A stretch of 41,815 bases of DNA, taken from positions 1 through 41,815 of the forward strand of contig JBAZUN010000002.1 in the NCBI GenBank assembly GCA_041661365.1. Direction: 5' to 3'. Within the stretch, counting starts at the first letter, position 1. Every line of letters starts with the position of its first letter. The position numbers were made by a program, and so were the translations under genes. The DNA is from Candidatus Latescibacterota bacterium. GTDB taxonomy: Bacteria; Latescibacterota; UBA2968; UBA8231. Positions 7,609 through 16,586 of this stretch are shown piece after piece. The notes below the pieces were generated by a model, which worked only from the letters and a program-made list of their open reading frames with translations, searched no databases and had not been told where the DNA came from.

Positions 7609-8760
7609 ATGAACTCACGTGAGCGGGTGCTCACGGCCTTGAGGCACCAGGAGCCGGACCGGATCCCCTTTGACCTGTCGGCCACCCCGGTGACCGGGAT
7701 CCACCACGTCGCCTACCGCGGCCTGCGCCAGGCCCTCGGGCTGCCGGTCGGCGAGCCGCGGATCTGGCACCTCATGCAGCAGTTGGCCTGCGTGGAGGAC
7801 GACGTCCATGCGGCCCTGGCCACCGATGCCCGCGGCCTGCGGCCCGGGGCGTCGGCAACCTGGAGCCTCCGCTTCCGCGACGACGGTCCGTACCGCTACT
7901 ACACCGACGAATGGGGGATCACCCGGCGCATGCGGCGCGAGGACGGGCTCTACTTCGACCTGTGTGGCTCGCCCCTGTCCGAGGTCCGGACCGTGGCCGA
8001 GATCGAGCGGTACCCCTTTCCCGCGCCGGCTGACCCGGCCCGGTTCACCGGCCTGCGCGCAGCCGCGGAGCAGGCCCGGGCCGAGGGGAAGGCCTTTGTC
8101 CTGGGCGGGATCTGCGCCGGGATGCTCGAGATGGGCCAGTGGCTGCGCGGGTACGAGGGGTTCTTCTGCGACCTGGCCGCGGATCGGGCCCTGGCCGAGG
8201 CCCTCTGCGAACGGATCCTCGAGCTCAAGCTGGCCTACTGGGAGCGGGCGCTCGAGCTGCTGGGCGACCTGGTCGACGTGGTCCAGGAAGGGGACGACTA
8301 CGGCGGCCAGCGCGGCCTGCAGGTCTCCCCCGAGGTCTGGCGGGCGGTGTTCAAGCCGCGGCTCGGTCGACTGCTGGCCGCGATCAAGCGCCGGGCCCCC
8401 GGGGCGTCGATCTTCTTCCATTCCTGCGGCAGCATCGCCGAGATCCTCCCTGACCTCGTCGAGGTCGGGGTCGAGGCGCTCAACCCGGTGCAGGTGGCGG
8501 CCACGGGCATGGACAGCCGCGAGCTCAAGGCGCGGTACGGCTCGGCCCTGACCTTCTGGGGCGGCGGGATCGACACCCAGCGGGTCCTGCCGGGCGGTAC
8601 CCCGGCCCAGGTGCGCGACGAGGTGCGGCGCCGGATCGACGACCTGGCTCCCGGCGGCGGCTTCGTCTTCGCCGCGGTGCACAACGTCCAGGCCGACGTG
8701 CCGCCGGCGAACCTGCTGGCCATGCGGGCCGCCCTGGAGGAGTTCGGCCGGTACGCCTGA
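7609..8760 (+). CDS. URO-D superfamily protein, MtaA/CmuA-like (HSCG motif)
   Basis: RERVLTALRHQEPDRIPFD N-terminus; FFHSCGSIAEILPDLVEVGVEALNPVQ core. GAAGGAGG lies 7 nt upstream of the ATG. Confidence 0.8.
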   Translation: MNSRERVLTALRHQEPDRIPFDLSATPVTGIHHVAYRGLRQALGLPVGEPRIWHLMQQLACVEDDVHAALATDARGLRPGASATWSLRFRDDGPYRYYTDEWGITRRMRREDGLYFDLCGSPLSEVRTVAEIERYPFPAPADPARFTGLRAAAEQARAEGKAFVLGGICAGMLEMGQWLRGYEGFFCDLAADRALAEALCERILELKLAYWERALELLGDLVDVVQEGDDYGGQRGLQVSPEVWRAVFKPRLGRLLAAIKRRAPGASIFFHSCGSIAEILPDLVEVGVEALNPVQVAATGMDSRELKARYGSALTFWGGGIDTQRVLPGGTPAQVRDEVRRRIDDLAPGGGFVFAAVHNVQADVPPANLLAMRAALEEFGRYA

Positions 8761-8792
8761 ACGGCCTGGCCCGGCGGCGGTCCCCCGGGCTC

Positions 8793-8804
8793 CGTCGTAT
8801 ATTG
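8793..8804 (+). promoter_or_regulatory. CGTCGTATATTG box 47 nt upstream of cydA
   Basis: Identical 12-mer to 4925..4936, at a similar distance from a start codon. Confidence 0.35.
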
Positions 8805-8850
8805 AGGCGGCAGCATCGCCGCGGTCCTTGCGCCCACGAGGTCAGTGCCG

Positions 8851-10203
8851 ATGGACGCCCTCCTGCTCGCCCGCCTGCAGTTCGCGGTCACCACGGTCTA
8901 TCACTTCTTCTTCGTGCCCCTGACCCTGGGGCTGTCCCTGTTCGTGGCCCTGCTGGAGACGGCCTGGGTCCGCACCCGGGATCCGGTCTACCTGCGGATG
9001 ACCCGGTTCTGGGGCAAGCTCTTCCTCATCAACTTCGCCATGGGGGTGGCCACCGGGATCGTGCAGGAGTTCCAGTTCGGCATGAACTGGTCGGAATACT
9101 CCCGCTTCGTCGGCGACGTCTTCGGCGCACCGCTGGCGATCGAGGCCCTGCTGGCCTTCTTCCTCGAAAGCACCTTCCTCGGGGTGTGGATCTTCGGCTG
9201 GGAGCGGCTCTCGCCGGCCAAGCACCTGGCGGCGATCTGGATGGTGGCGCTGGGCTCCAACCTTTCGGCCCTGTGGATCCTGATCGCCAACTCCTTCATG
9301 CAGGAGCCGGTCGGCTTTGCCCTGCGGCACGGCCGGGCCGAGATGACCGATTTCGCCGCCCTGATCCTCAACCCCCACGTCTGGGTCCAGTTCCCCCACG
9401 TTTTCTTCGCCGGGGTGACCACCGCCGCCTTCTTCGTCCTGGGGATCAGCGCCTGGCACCTGCGCCGGCCTCGGGAAGAGGCCGAGGTCTACCGGCGATC
9501 GTTTCGCCTGGCCGGGATCTACGGGGTGGTCGGCGCGGTCCTGGTGATGGTGCTCGGACACAACCAGGCCCAGCACATGGTCGGCACCCAGCCGATGAAG
9601 ATGGCCGCGGCCGAGGCCTTGTGGGAGAGCGAGGACCCAGCGGCCATGTCCCTGTTCACCTGGGGCGACGAGGCCAACCGCCGCGACGTCTTCGCCGTGC
9701 GGGTGCCGTCCCTGCTCAGCATCCTGGCCTACAACCGCCCCGGCGGGGAGGTCAAGGGGATCAAGCAGATCCAGGCCGAGTACGAGGCCCGGTACGGCCC
9801 GGGCAACTACGTGCCGCCGGTGGCGATCACCTACTGGACCTTCCGCCTCATGGCCGGCGCCGGCCTGCTGATGCTGGTCCTGGCCCTGTACGCCGCGTGG
9901 CTGGCCAGCCGCCCGGAGCTGATCCTGCCGTCGCGGTTCCTGGCCCTGCTGGTCTGGGCCATCGGGCTGCCGTACCTGGCCAACTCCACCGGTTGGCTGA
10001 TGACCGAGATCGGTCGCATGCCCTGGGTGGTCTTCGGGGTGATGCGGGTCGAGGCCGGGCTGTCGCCGACGGTGGGGGTTCCTGAGCTGCTGTTCTCGCT
10101 GGCGGTTTTTACCCTGCTCTACGGGGCCCTGATGGCCGCCGACTTCTACCTGCTCCGCCAGTACGCGCGGGCCGGCGTGGCCGCGGCCGCGGTGCACGGG
10201 TAG
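8851..10203 (+). CDS. cydA: cytochrome bd ubiquinol oxidase subunit I
   Basis: MDALLLARLQFAVTTVYHFFFVPLTLG is the canonical CydA N-terminus. Length fits the short Q-loop type. Confidence 0.95.
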   Translation: MDALLLARLQFAVTTVYHFFFVPLTLGLSLFVALLETAWVRTRDPVYLRMTRFWGKLFLINFAMGVATGIVQEFQFGMNWSEYSRFVGDVFGAPLAIEALLAFFLESTFLGVWIFGWERLSPAKHLAAIWMVALGSNLSALWILIANSFMQEPVGFALRHGRAEMTDFAALILNPHVWVQFPHVFFAGVTTAAFFVLGISAWHLRRPREEAEVYRRSFRLAGIYGVVGAVLVMVLGHNQAQHMVGTQPMKMAAAEALWESEDPAAMSLFTWGDEANRRDVFAVRVPSLLSILAYNRPGGEVKGIKQIQAEYEARYGPGNYVPPVAITYWTFRLMAGAGLLMLVLALYAAWLASRPELILPSRFLALLVWAIGLPYLANSTGWLMTEIGRMPWVVFGVMRVEAGLSPTVGVPELLFSLAVFTLLYGALMAADFYLLRQYARAGVAAAAVHG

Positions 10204-10227
10204 GGGCACTGGAGAGGGAGGAGGATC

Positions 10228-11241
10228 ATGGACCTCAACACGCTCTGGTTCATCCTCGTGGCCGTGCTCTTCACGGGGTTCTTCCTGCTCGAGGGGTTCG
10301 ACTACGGCGCCGGTGCCCTCCTCCCCTTCGTCGCCCGCGACGACCGCGAGCGGCGGGTGGTGTTCAATGCTCTAGGTCCCTTCTGGGACGGGAACGAGGT
10401 CTGGCTGCTGACCGCGGGTGGCGCCATCTTCGCCGCCTTCCCGCACTGGTACGCCACCATGTTCAGCGGGTTCTACCTGGCCCTGGTGCTGATGCTGGTG
10501 GCCCTGATCGTGCGGGGGGTGTCGTTCGAGTTCCGCAGCAAGGACCAGCACCCAACCTGGCGGGCCACCTGGGACTGGATGCTCTTCCTCGGGTCGGTGA
10601 TCCCGGCCCTGCTCTGGGGCGTGGCCGTGGGGAACCTGATCCAGGGGGTGCCGATCGACGCGGACAAGCAGTACGTGGGCGGCTTCCTCGACCTGCTCAG
10701 CCCGTACACCCTGGTCGGCGGTCTGGCCACCCTCTCCCTCTTCGCCCTGCACGGGGCGATCTTCCTGTCCCTGCGCACCACCGGCGCGGTGCTGGAGCGG
10801 TCCCTGGCCCTGGCCCGCCGGCTGTGGCTGCCGGCCCTGGTCCTGGTGCTGGGCTTCGTCGCCTTCGGTTATTCCGCCACCGACATGTTCACCCGCCTGG
10901 GACTCAATCCCGGGGCCACCCCGATCGTGGCCGGGATGGCCCTGGTCGCGGTGCGGCCCCTGCTGCGCGCCGGTCGCTGCGGCTGGGCCTTTGCGATGAC
11001 CGGGCTGACTCTCGCCGGCGCGGTGCTGACGATCTTCATCGGGCTGTTCCCCCGGGTGATGGTCTCCAGCCTGGACGACCGCTGGAGCCTGACGATCTAC
11101 AACGCCTCGTCGTCCCCGTACACCCTGAAGGTGATGAGTCTGGTGGCCCTGGGCTTCGTGCCCGTCGTGGTGGCCTACCAGGTCTGGACCTACTCGACCT
11201 TCCGCCAGCGGGTGTCGCCCGAGGGGGAGCTGGAGTACTGA
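10228..11241 (+). CDS. cydB: cytochrome bd ubiquinol oxidase subunit II
   Basis: MDLNTLWFILVAVLFTGFFLLEGFDYGAG; polytopic membrane protein. GGAGGAGG RBS. Confidence 0.95.
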   Translation: MDLNTLWFILVAVLFTGFFLLEGFDYGAGALLPFVARDDRERRVVFNALGPFWDGNEVWLLTAGGAIFAAFPHWYATMFSGFYLALVLMLVALIVRGVSFEFRSKDQHPTWRATWDWMLFLGSVIPALLWGVAVGNLIQGVPIDADKQYVGGFLDLLSPYTLVGGLATLSLFALHGAIFLSLRTTGAVLERSLALARRLWLPALVLVLGFVAFGYSATDMFTRLGLNPGATPIVAGMALVAVRPLLRAGRCGWAFAMTGLTLAGAVLTIFIGLFPRVMVSSLDDRWSLTIYNASSSPYTLKVMSLVALGFVPVVVAYQVWTYSTFRQRVSPEGELEY

Positions 11242-11270
11242 CGCGCCCGGCCACGGACGGGATCGACCGG

Positions 11271-11303
11271 ATACCCCTGTCCCCCGGGCAGGGGTATTCT
11301 CTT
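11271..11303 (+). terminator. hairpin plus T-rich tail between cydB and cydD (intra-operon terminator or attenuator candidate)
   Basis: ATACCCCTG (11271-11279) pairs perfectly with CAGGGGTAT (11289-11297), followed by TCTCTT. Confidence 0.45.
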
Positions 11304-11341
11304 GATCACGGGCTCTGCGGCGCGATCTCGAGGGCTGCGCC

Positions 11342-13066
11342 ATGTGCGTCGAGCCGCGGCTGACCGCGCTCCTGCAGGGCCGCCGCCGCTGGCTGGTCGC
11401 CAGTGTCGGTGGTGGTCTGCTGGCCGCGGCTGCCGGGGTGGGCCAGGCCTGGCTCCTGGTCCGGGCCATTGACGGGGCCTTCCTCCGCGGTCTGGATCTG
11501 GCCGGGATAACCCCCTGGCTGGTCGGCGCGGCCGGACTGGCCGTGGTCCGGGCCGCGGGGACTTGGGGTGGGCAGGCCGCGGCCACCCGGCTGGCCGGTG
11601 CGGTCCAGGCCGCGCTGCGCGAGGCCCTGAGCGTCCACCTGGGCCGCCTGGGACCGAACCACGCGGCCGACGAGCGAGCCGGCGAGCTGGTGACCACCCT
11701 GACCGAGGGCGTTGACCGGCTCGAAGCCTACCTCCGTCAATACCTGCCCCAGCTCTTCCTGGCCGTGCTGGTGCCGTTGGGCCTGCTCGTTGCCGTCTTT
11801 CCCCTCGACCCGCTGTCCGGCCTGGTGCTGCTCCTCACCGCGCCCCTGATCCCGCTCTTCGCCGCGCTGATCGGCCGCGGCGCCGGGCAGGTGGCGGCAC
11901 GGCAGTGGCAGACCCTGGGCCGCTTGAGCGCCCACTTCCTCGATCTGCTCCGCGGCCTGGCGACCCTCAAGGAGCTCGGCCGCGGCCAGGACCAGGCCAC
12001 GGCGATCGCCCGGGTCAGCGACGCCCACCGGCAGGCCACCCTGCAGGTCCTCCGCCTCGCCCTCCTCTCGGCCCTGGCCCTGGAGCTGGTGGCCACCATG
12101 GGTACCGCGGTGGTGGCGGTGGAGGTCGGCCTGCGGCTGCTCTACGGCCGGATGGAGTTCGCCCCGGCCCTCTTCGTCCTGCTGCTGGCGCCCGAGCTGT
12201 ACCTTCCCCTCCGGCAGCTCGGGGCCCACTTCCACGCCGGGACCGAGGGCCTGGCCGCGGCCGACCGGATCTTCGCCCTGCTCGAGACGCGAGCGGTCTC
12301 TGGCGGTAACCGGGAACCCGCCACCGCGCCGGAGCGGATCGTCTTCGACCGGGTGTCGTTCGCCTACCGACCGGGACGGCCGGTGCTGCAGGAGGTCTGT
12401 TTAGAGCTGCGGCGCGGCCAGACCGTGGCCCTGGTCGGCCCCAGCGGCTCGGGGAAGACCACCCTTGCCGGGCTGCTGCTCGGATTCAGCGCGCCGACCG
12501 CGGGCCGGGTGCTGATCGACGGTCGACCCCTGACCGAGCTGGACCCGCGGGCCTGGCGCCGCCGGGTGGCCTGGGTGCCGACGCGGCCGCATCTCTTCGG
12601 CGGCACCCTGGCCGCCAACCTCCGGCTGGCCCGACCCGAGGCGACCACTGCCGACCTGGACGAGGCCGCGCGCCAGGCTGGTCTGCAAGCCCTGATCGAG
12701 TCCCTGCCCGAGGGGTGGGAGACCTTGATCGGCGAGGAGGGGGTCTGCCTCAGCGCCGGCGAGGGGCAGCGCCTGGCCCTGGCCCGGGCCTTCCTCAAGG
12801 AGGCGCCGGTGCTGATCCTCGACGAGCCCTCGGCCCACCTCGATCCGCAGACCGAGGAGGAGGTCCGGGCCGCCCTGGTCCGCCTGCGGCCGGGCCGCGC
12901 CGTGCTCCTCATCGCCCACCGGTTGACCACGGTGCAGGAGGCTGACTTGGTGGTGGTGCTGGCCGATGGTCGGGTCCAGGAGCAAGGAAGTCCGGCGGCC
13001 TTGCTGGCTCAGGGCCGGTGGTACCGCGCCATGCTGGCGGCGTACCACCGGGAGGAAGCCGCGTGA
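11342..13066 (+). CDS. cydD: thiol reductant ABC exporter subunit CydD
   Basis: Six-TM ABC domain plus NBD (GPSGSGKTT, LSAGEGQRLALARA, LILDEP). Located directly after cydAB. Confidence 0.9.
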   Translation: MCVEPRLTALLQGRRRWLVASVGGGLLAAAAGVGQAWLLVRAIDGAFLRGLDLAGITPWLVGAAGLAVVRAAGTWGGQAAATRLAGAVQAALREALSVHLGRLGPNHAADERAGELVTTLTEGVDRLEAYLRQYLPQLFLAVLVPLGLLVAVFPLDPLSGLVLLLTAPLIPLFAALIGRGAGQVAARQWQTLGRLSAHFLDLLRGLATLKELGRGQDQATAIARVSDAHRQATLQVLRLALLSALALELVATMGTAVVAVEVGLRLLYGRMEFAPALFVLLLAPELYLPLRQLGAHFHAGTEGLAAADRIFALLETRAVSGGNREPATAPERIVFDRVSFAYRPGRPVLQEVCLELRRGQTVALVGPSGSGKTTLAGLLLGFSAPTAGRVLIDGRPLTELDPRAWRRRVAWVPTRPHLFGGTLAANLRLARPEATTADLDEAARQAGLQALIESLPEGWETLIGEEGVCLSAGEGQRLALARAFLKEAPVLILDEPSAHLDPQTEEEVRAALVRLRPGRAVLLIAHRLTTVQEADLVVVLADGRVQEQGSPAALLAQGRWYRAMLAAYHREEAA

Positions 13067-15057
13067 CCTGGCCGCTGATCCCCTTGCTGCGCCTGGCTTG
13101 GCCCTGCCGGGGCTGGATGACCGTGGCGGCGGTGGCCGGATGGCTGGCGGTGGCCGCCGGGGCCGGGCTGCTGATGACCTCGGCCTGGCTGATCGGTCAG
13201 GCGGCGCTCAGGCCGTCGATCGCCGCGCTGCAGGTCAGCATCGTCGGAGTCCGCTTTTTCAGCCTCAGCCGGAGCGTCTGCCGCTACCTCGAACGGCTGA
13301 CCGCGCACGACGCGACCCTGCGTCTGCTCGGTCGCCTGCGGGTGGGGTTCTACCGGGCCGTGGAGCCTTTGGCCCCGGCCGGCCTGGAGGGGCACCGGCA
13401 AGGGGATCTGCTGGCCCGGGTCGTGGCGGACGTGGACACCCTGCAGGGGTTCTACCTGCAGGTCCTCCGGCCGCCGCTGGTGGCCCTGCCGAGCATGGCC
13501 CTGATGGCCGGTCTGCTGGGCTGGTACGAACCCCGGTTGGCCGGGCTGCTGGTCCTGGCCTGGGCCTTGGTGGCCGTGGGGATACCGTGGCTGACCCGGC
13601 CGCTCGGCCGTGACCTGGGGTCGCGGCTGATCCAGACCCGGGCCGAGCTGCACGTGCTCCTGGTCGACCAAGTCCGGGGGATCGCCGATCTGCTGGTCCA
13701 CGGGGCGGCCGACGACCACCAGCGCCGGGTGGCCCGGTGCAGCGGCACGCTGCTGGGCCTGCGCCGCCGGAGCGCGGACCTGGCCGCGCTCCACGAAGCC
13801 CTCGGCGGCCTGACCGTGCAGTGGACCGCGCTGGCGGCCGTGGCCCTGGCCGTGCCCCTGGTCCGGCAACAGGTCCTTGAAGGTCCGGCCCTGGTGGTGA
13901 TCGCGGTCGGCGTCCTGGCCGCCTTCGAGGCCGTCCTTCCCTTGCCGGATCTGTGGCGGACCCTGGCCGAGAGCCGCGCGGCGGCGACGCGCCTGTTCGG
14001 GATCGCGGGGGTCGACCGCGCCGAGGTCGGGCCGCGTAGCGCACCGATCGGGGGGAGTCCGGGGAGCGCCTCGGACGAGGCGGCGGCCGCCGCCTGGTTC
14101 GAGGCCGCGGCTGCACCCGGAAGCGACCGCGACCCGCACCCGACGCGCCCGCTCCTGCCGGCGGAGGTCGCCCCTCGGTGGCCCGTTCCCGGCGGGTCGT
14201 CTCCTGGCCCGGTCTCTCCCCCCGATCTGGTCCTCGAGGGGATCGGCTTCGCCTACCCCGGTCGCGGCCCGATCCTCGACCAGGTGAGCCTGACCGTGTC
14301 GGCCGGCCAGCGGGTGGCCCTGGTCGGGGCCAGCGGCTCGGGGAAGTCCACCCTCTTCCACCTGTTGCTGCGGTTCCGCGCGCCGGCCCGCGGCCGGGTC
14401 CTGGTCAACGGCCAGGACCTGTCCGAGCGTGCTCCCGAGGCGGCCCGGGCCTGGTTCAGCGTGCTCAGCCAGGGCTCCCATCTCTTCGGCGCCACGGTGC
14501 GCGAGAACCTGCTGCTGGCCCGGCCTCAGGCCACGGACGAGGAGCTCGAGGCGGCCTGCTGCCGGGCCGGGATCGACGAGGTGATCCGGGCGCTGCCCCA
14601 GGGGTACGACACCTGGATCGGCGAGCAGGGGGTGAACCTGAGCGCCGGCGAAGCCCAGCGCCTGGCCCTGGCCCGGACCCTGTTGCAGGATGGGCCGATC
14701 CTCCTGCTCGACGAGCCCACGGCCCGGCTCGATCCCTTTTCCGTGCAACGCGTGCACCAGGGGCTCCTGGCAGCCAGCGCCGGCCGCACGACCTTATGGA
14801 TCACCCACCGTCTGAACGGCTTGGCCGCGGTCGACCGGATCTGCGTGCTGGCCAACGGCCGGGTGGCGGAGACCGGCACCCATGCTGAACTGCTGACCCG
14901 GCCGCAGGGCCAGTACCGGCGATTGTGGGACCTGCAGCGACAGGCCGCGGTCCTGGCCACCTCGCCGCTTGACGGGGTCGATCCCGGCGGTAGATTTGAA
15001 ACGGATCGCACGGCTCCGCAAGGGCAGCAGGGTTACCGAGAGGATGAGTCATGCTGA
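13063..15057 (+). CDS. cydC: thiol reductant ABC exporter subunit CydC, with extended TMD-NBD linker and C-terminal tail
   Basis: GTG at 13063 overlaps the cydD TGA (GTGA). NBD motifs GASGSGKST, LSAGEAQRLALART, LLLDEP. A low-complexity A/P/S/G-rich insert lies at about 14020-14225. Confidence 0.85.
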   Translation: MTWPLIPLLRLAWPCRGWMTVAAVAGWLAVAAGAGLLMTSAWLIGQAALRPSIAALQVSIVGVRFFSLSRSVCRYLERLTAHDATLRLLGRLRVGFYRAVEPLAPAGLEGHRQGDLLARVVADVDTLQGFYLQVLRPPLVALPSMALMAGLLGWYEPRLAGLLVLAWALVAVGIPWLTRPLGRDLGSRLIQTRAELHVLLVDQVRGIADLLVHGAADDHQRRVARCSGTLLGLRRRSADLAALHEALGGLTVQWTALAAVALAVPLVRQQVLEGPALVVIAVGVLAAFEAVLPLPDLWRTLAESRAAATRLFGIAGVDRAEVGPRSAPIGGSPGSASDEAAAAAWFEAAAAPGSDRDPHPTRPLLPAEVAPRWPVPGGSSPGPVSPPDLVLEGIGFAYPGRGPILDQVSLTVSAGQRVALVGASGSGKSTLFHLLLRFRAPARGRVLVNGQDLSERAPEAARAWFSVLSQGSHLFGATVRENLLLARPQATDEELEAACCRAGIDEVIRALPQGYDTWIGEQGVNLSAGEAQRLALARTLLQDGPILLLDEPTARLDPFSVQRVHQGLLAASAGRTTLWITHRLNGLAAVDRICVLANGRVAETGTHAELLTRPQGQYRRLWDLQRQAAVLATSPLDGVDPGGRFETDRTAPQGQQGYREDESC

Positions 15058-15638
15058 GGATCACCGAGGCGGCCGAGCAGAAGATCACCGCCCTCATCGG
15101 CGAGGCCGGCAAGCCGGTCAAGGGGCTGCGCGTCGGCGCCACGGCCAAGTCGCCGTTCAAGATCGATTACCGCCTGGCCTTCCTGTCCGACGACCAGGTC
15201 CGGCCGGACGACACCCGGATGCAGTTCAACGGCTTCGACGTGTACCTCGACGGGGGAAGCGCGCCGCTGTTGCTCGAAACCACCATCGACTTCGTCAACG
15301 AGGTCACCGGCGCCGGCTTCAAGATCGAGCGGGCCAACAAGGTGCCGCCCGAGCTGAAGGGAACCCTGGCCGAGCGGGTGCTGACCGTCATCGAAGAGCA
15401 GATCAACCCCTCGGTCGGCGGGCACGGCGGGTCCGTCACCCTGATGGACGTCAAGGACGGGGTGGTCTACGTCGAGCTGGGCGGCGGCTGCCGCGGCTGC
15501 GGCATGGCCAAGGTCACCTTGAAGCAGGGGATCGAGCGGATGATCCTCGAGGCCCTGCCCGAGGTCAAGGAGGTGCGCGACGTCACCGACCACGCCCTGG
15601 GCGAGAGTCCCTACTACGCGCGCGAAGCCGCGGAGTGA
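15051..15638 (+). CDS. nfuA: NfuA-type Fe-S cluster carrier (Cys-less A-type domain plus Nfu domain with CxxC)
   Basis: MLRITEAAEQKI N-terminal domain without Cys; C-terminal GGHGGSVTL...GGGCRGCGMA. The ATG overlaps the cydC stop (ATGCTGA). Confidence 0.85.
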   Translation: MLRITEAAEQKITALIGEAGKPVKGLRVGATAKSPFKIDYRLAFLSDDQVRPDDTRMQFNGFDVYLDGGSAPLLLETTIDFVNEVTGAGFKIERANKVPPELKGTLAERVLTVIEEQINPSVGGHGGSVTLMDVKDGVVYVELGGGCRGCGMAKVTLKQGIERMILEALPEVKEVRDVTDHALGESPYYAREAAE

Positions 15639-15663
15639 GTCCGCGGCGGTACCTTGATACCAG

Positions 15664-15693
15664 ACGCCAGGCCGGGCGGCCTGGCGTTTCTGT
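15664..15693 (+). terminator. rho-independent terminator after nfuA
   Basis: ACGCCAGGCC (15664-15673) pairs perfectly with GGCCTGGCGT (15678-15687) around a 4-nt loop, followed by TTTCTGTT. Confidence 0.7.
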
Positions 15694-15899
15694 TAGCAGC
15701 CCGGTGGAAAAGCCGCTTTGTTCGGCGAGGTCGAGGGATGACGGGGTCTGGCTAGGCGCGCGAGTGACGCCGCATCGAGGGGAGATGCGGCAAGCGAGCG
15801 GCACAGGGACGTGGCCGGATCGAGAGCGATCCGGCACACGACGCCAGGGCTCGTCAGCACCGACCGCGGCGCGAATGGGCTTTTTCAACGGGCTGCTAA
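15693..15899 (+). other. 207-nt intergenic element bounded by an 11-nt perfect inverted repeat, with two similar internal hairpins (structured RNA or MITE-like element)
   Basis: TTAGCAGCCCG (15693-15703) versus CGGGCTGCTAA (15889-15899). Adjacent GAAAAGCC versus GGCTTTTTC. Hairpins GCCGCATC/GATGCGGC (15769-15791) and GCCGGATC/GATCCGGC (15814-15835). Confidence 0.4.
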
Positions 15900-15913
15900 G
15901 TCAGGAGGGGTAG

Positions 15914-16576
15914 ATGCTGGAGGCGGCGATCTTCGACATGGACGGCCTGCTGGTGGACTCCGAGCCGCTGTGGCGGCGGGCCGAGCGGGAGGTCTTCCCC
16001 ACGGTGGGGATCCGCCTGACCGACGAGATGTGCATGCAGACCATGGGGACCCGGGTCGACGAGGTGGTGCGCCACTGGTACCGCACCAGCCCCTGGCCGG
16101 GTCCGTCCCAAGAGGAGGTGGCGGAGCGGATCGTCTCGGGCGTGGTCGACCTGGTCCTGGCCGAGGGTACGCCGATGCCGGGCGTGGAGCAGGTCCTGAC
16201 CCGGTGCGCCGGGCGCGGCCTGACCCTGGCCCTGGCCTCGTCGTCTTCCACCCGGTTGATCGACGCGGTGGTCGATCGGTTGGGGATCCGCGACCGCTTT
16301 GCCTTGCTCCAGTCGGCCGAGCACGAGCCCTACGGCAAGCCCCACCCCGGCGTCTTCCTCACCACCGCCACGCGGCTGGGGCTGGAGCCGACCGCCTGCC
16401 TGGTCTTCGAGGATTCCTTTGCCGGGCTCATCGCGGGAAAGGCGGCGCGGATGAAGGTGGTGGCCGTGCCCGCCGCCGAGCAGTATTCCCAGACCCGCTT
16501 CGACATCGCCGACCTCAAGCTCCCCTCCCTCGCCGACTTCGGCGAGGCCGCGCTCGAGCGGCTCCAGCAGGCCTGA
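15914..16576 (+). CDS. hxpB: HAD-superfamily sugar phosphatase, HxpB/YniC-like
   Basis: AAIFDMDGLLVDSEPLW, YGKPHPGVFL, VFEDSFAGLIAGKAARMKVVAVPA. From memory this is collinear with E. coli YniC along the whole length. GGAGGGG RBS. Confidence 0.8.
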   Translation: MLEAAIFDMDGLLVDSEPLWRRAEREVFPTVGIRLTDEMCMQTMGTRVDEVVRHWYRTSPWPGPSQEEVAERIVSGVVDLVLAEGTPMPGVEQVLTRCAGRGLTLALASSSSTRLIDAVVDRLGIRDRFALLQSAEHEPYGKPHPGVFLTTATRLGLEPTACLVFEDSFAGLIAGKAARMKVVAVPAAEQYSQTRFDIADLKLPSLADFGEAALERLQQA

Positions 16577-16586
16577 TCAGCCACAG

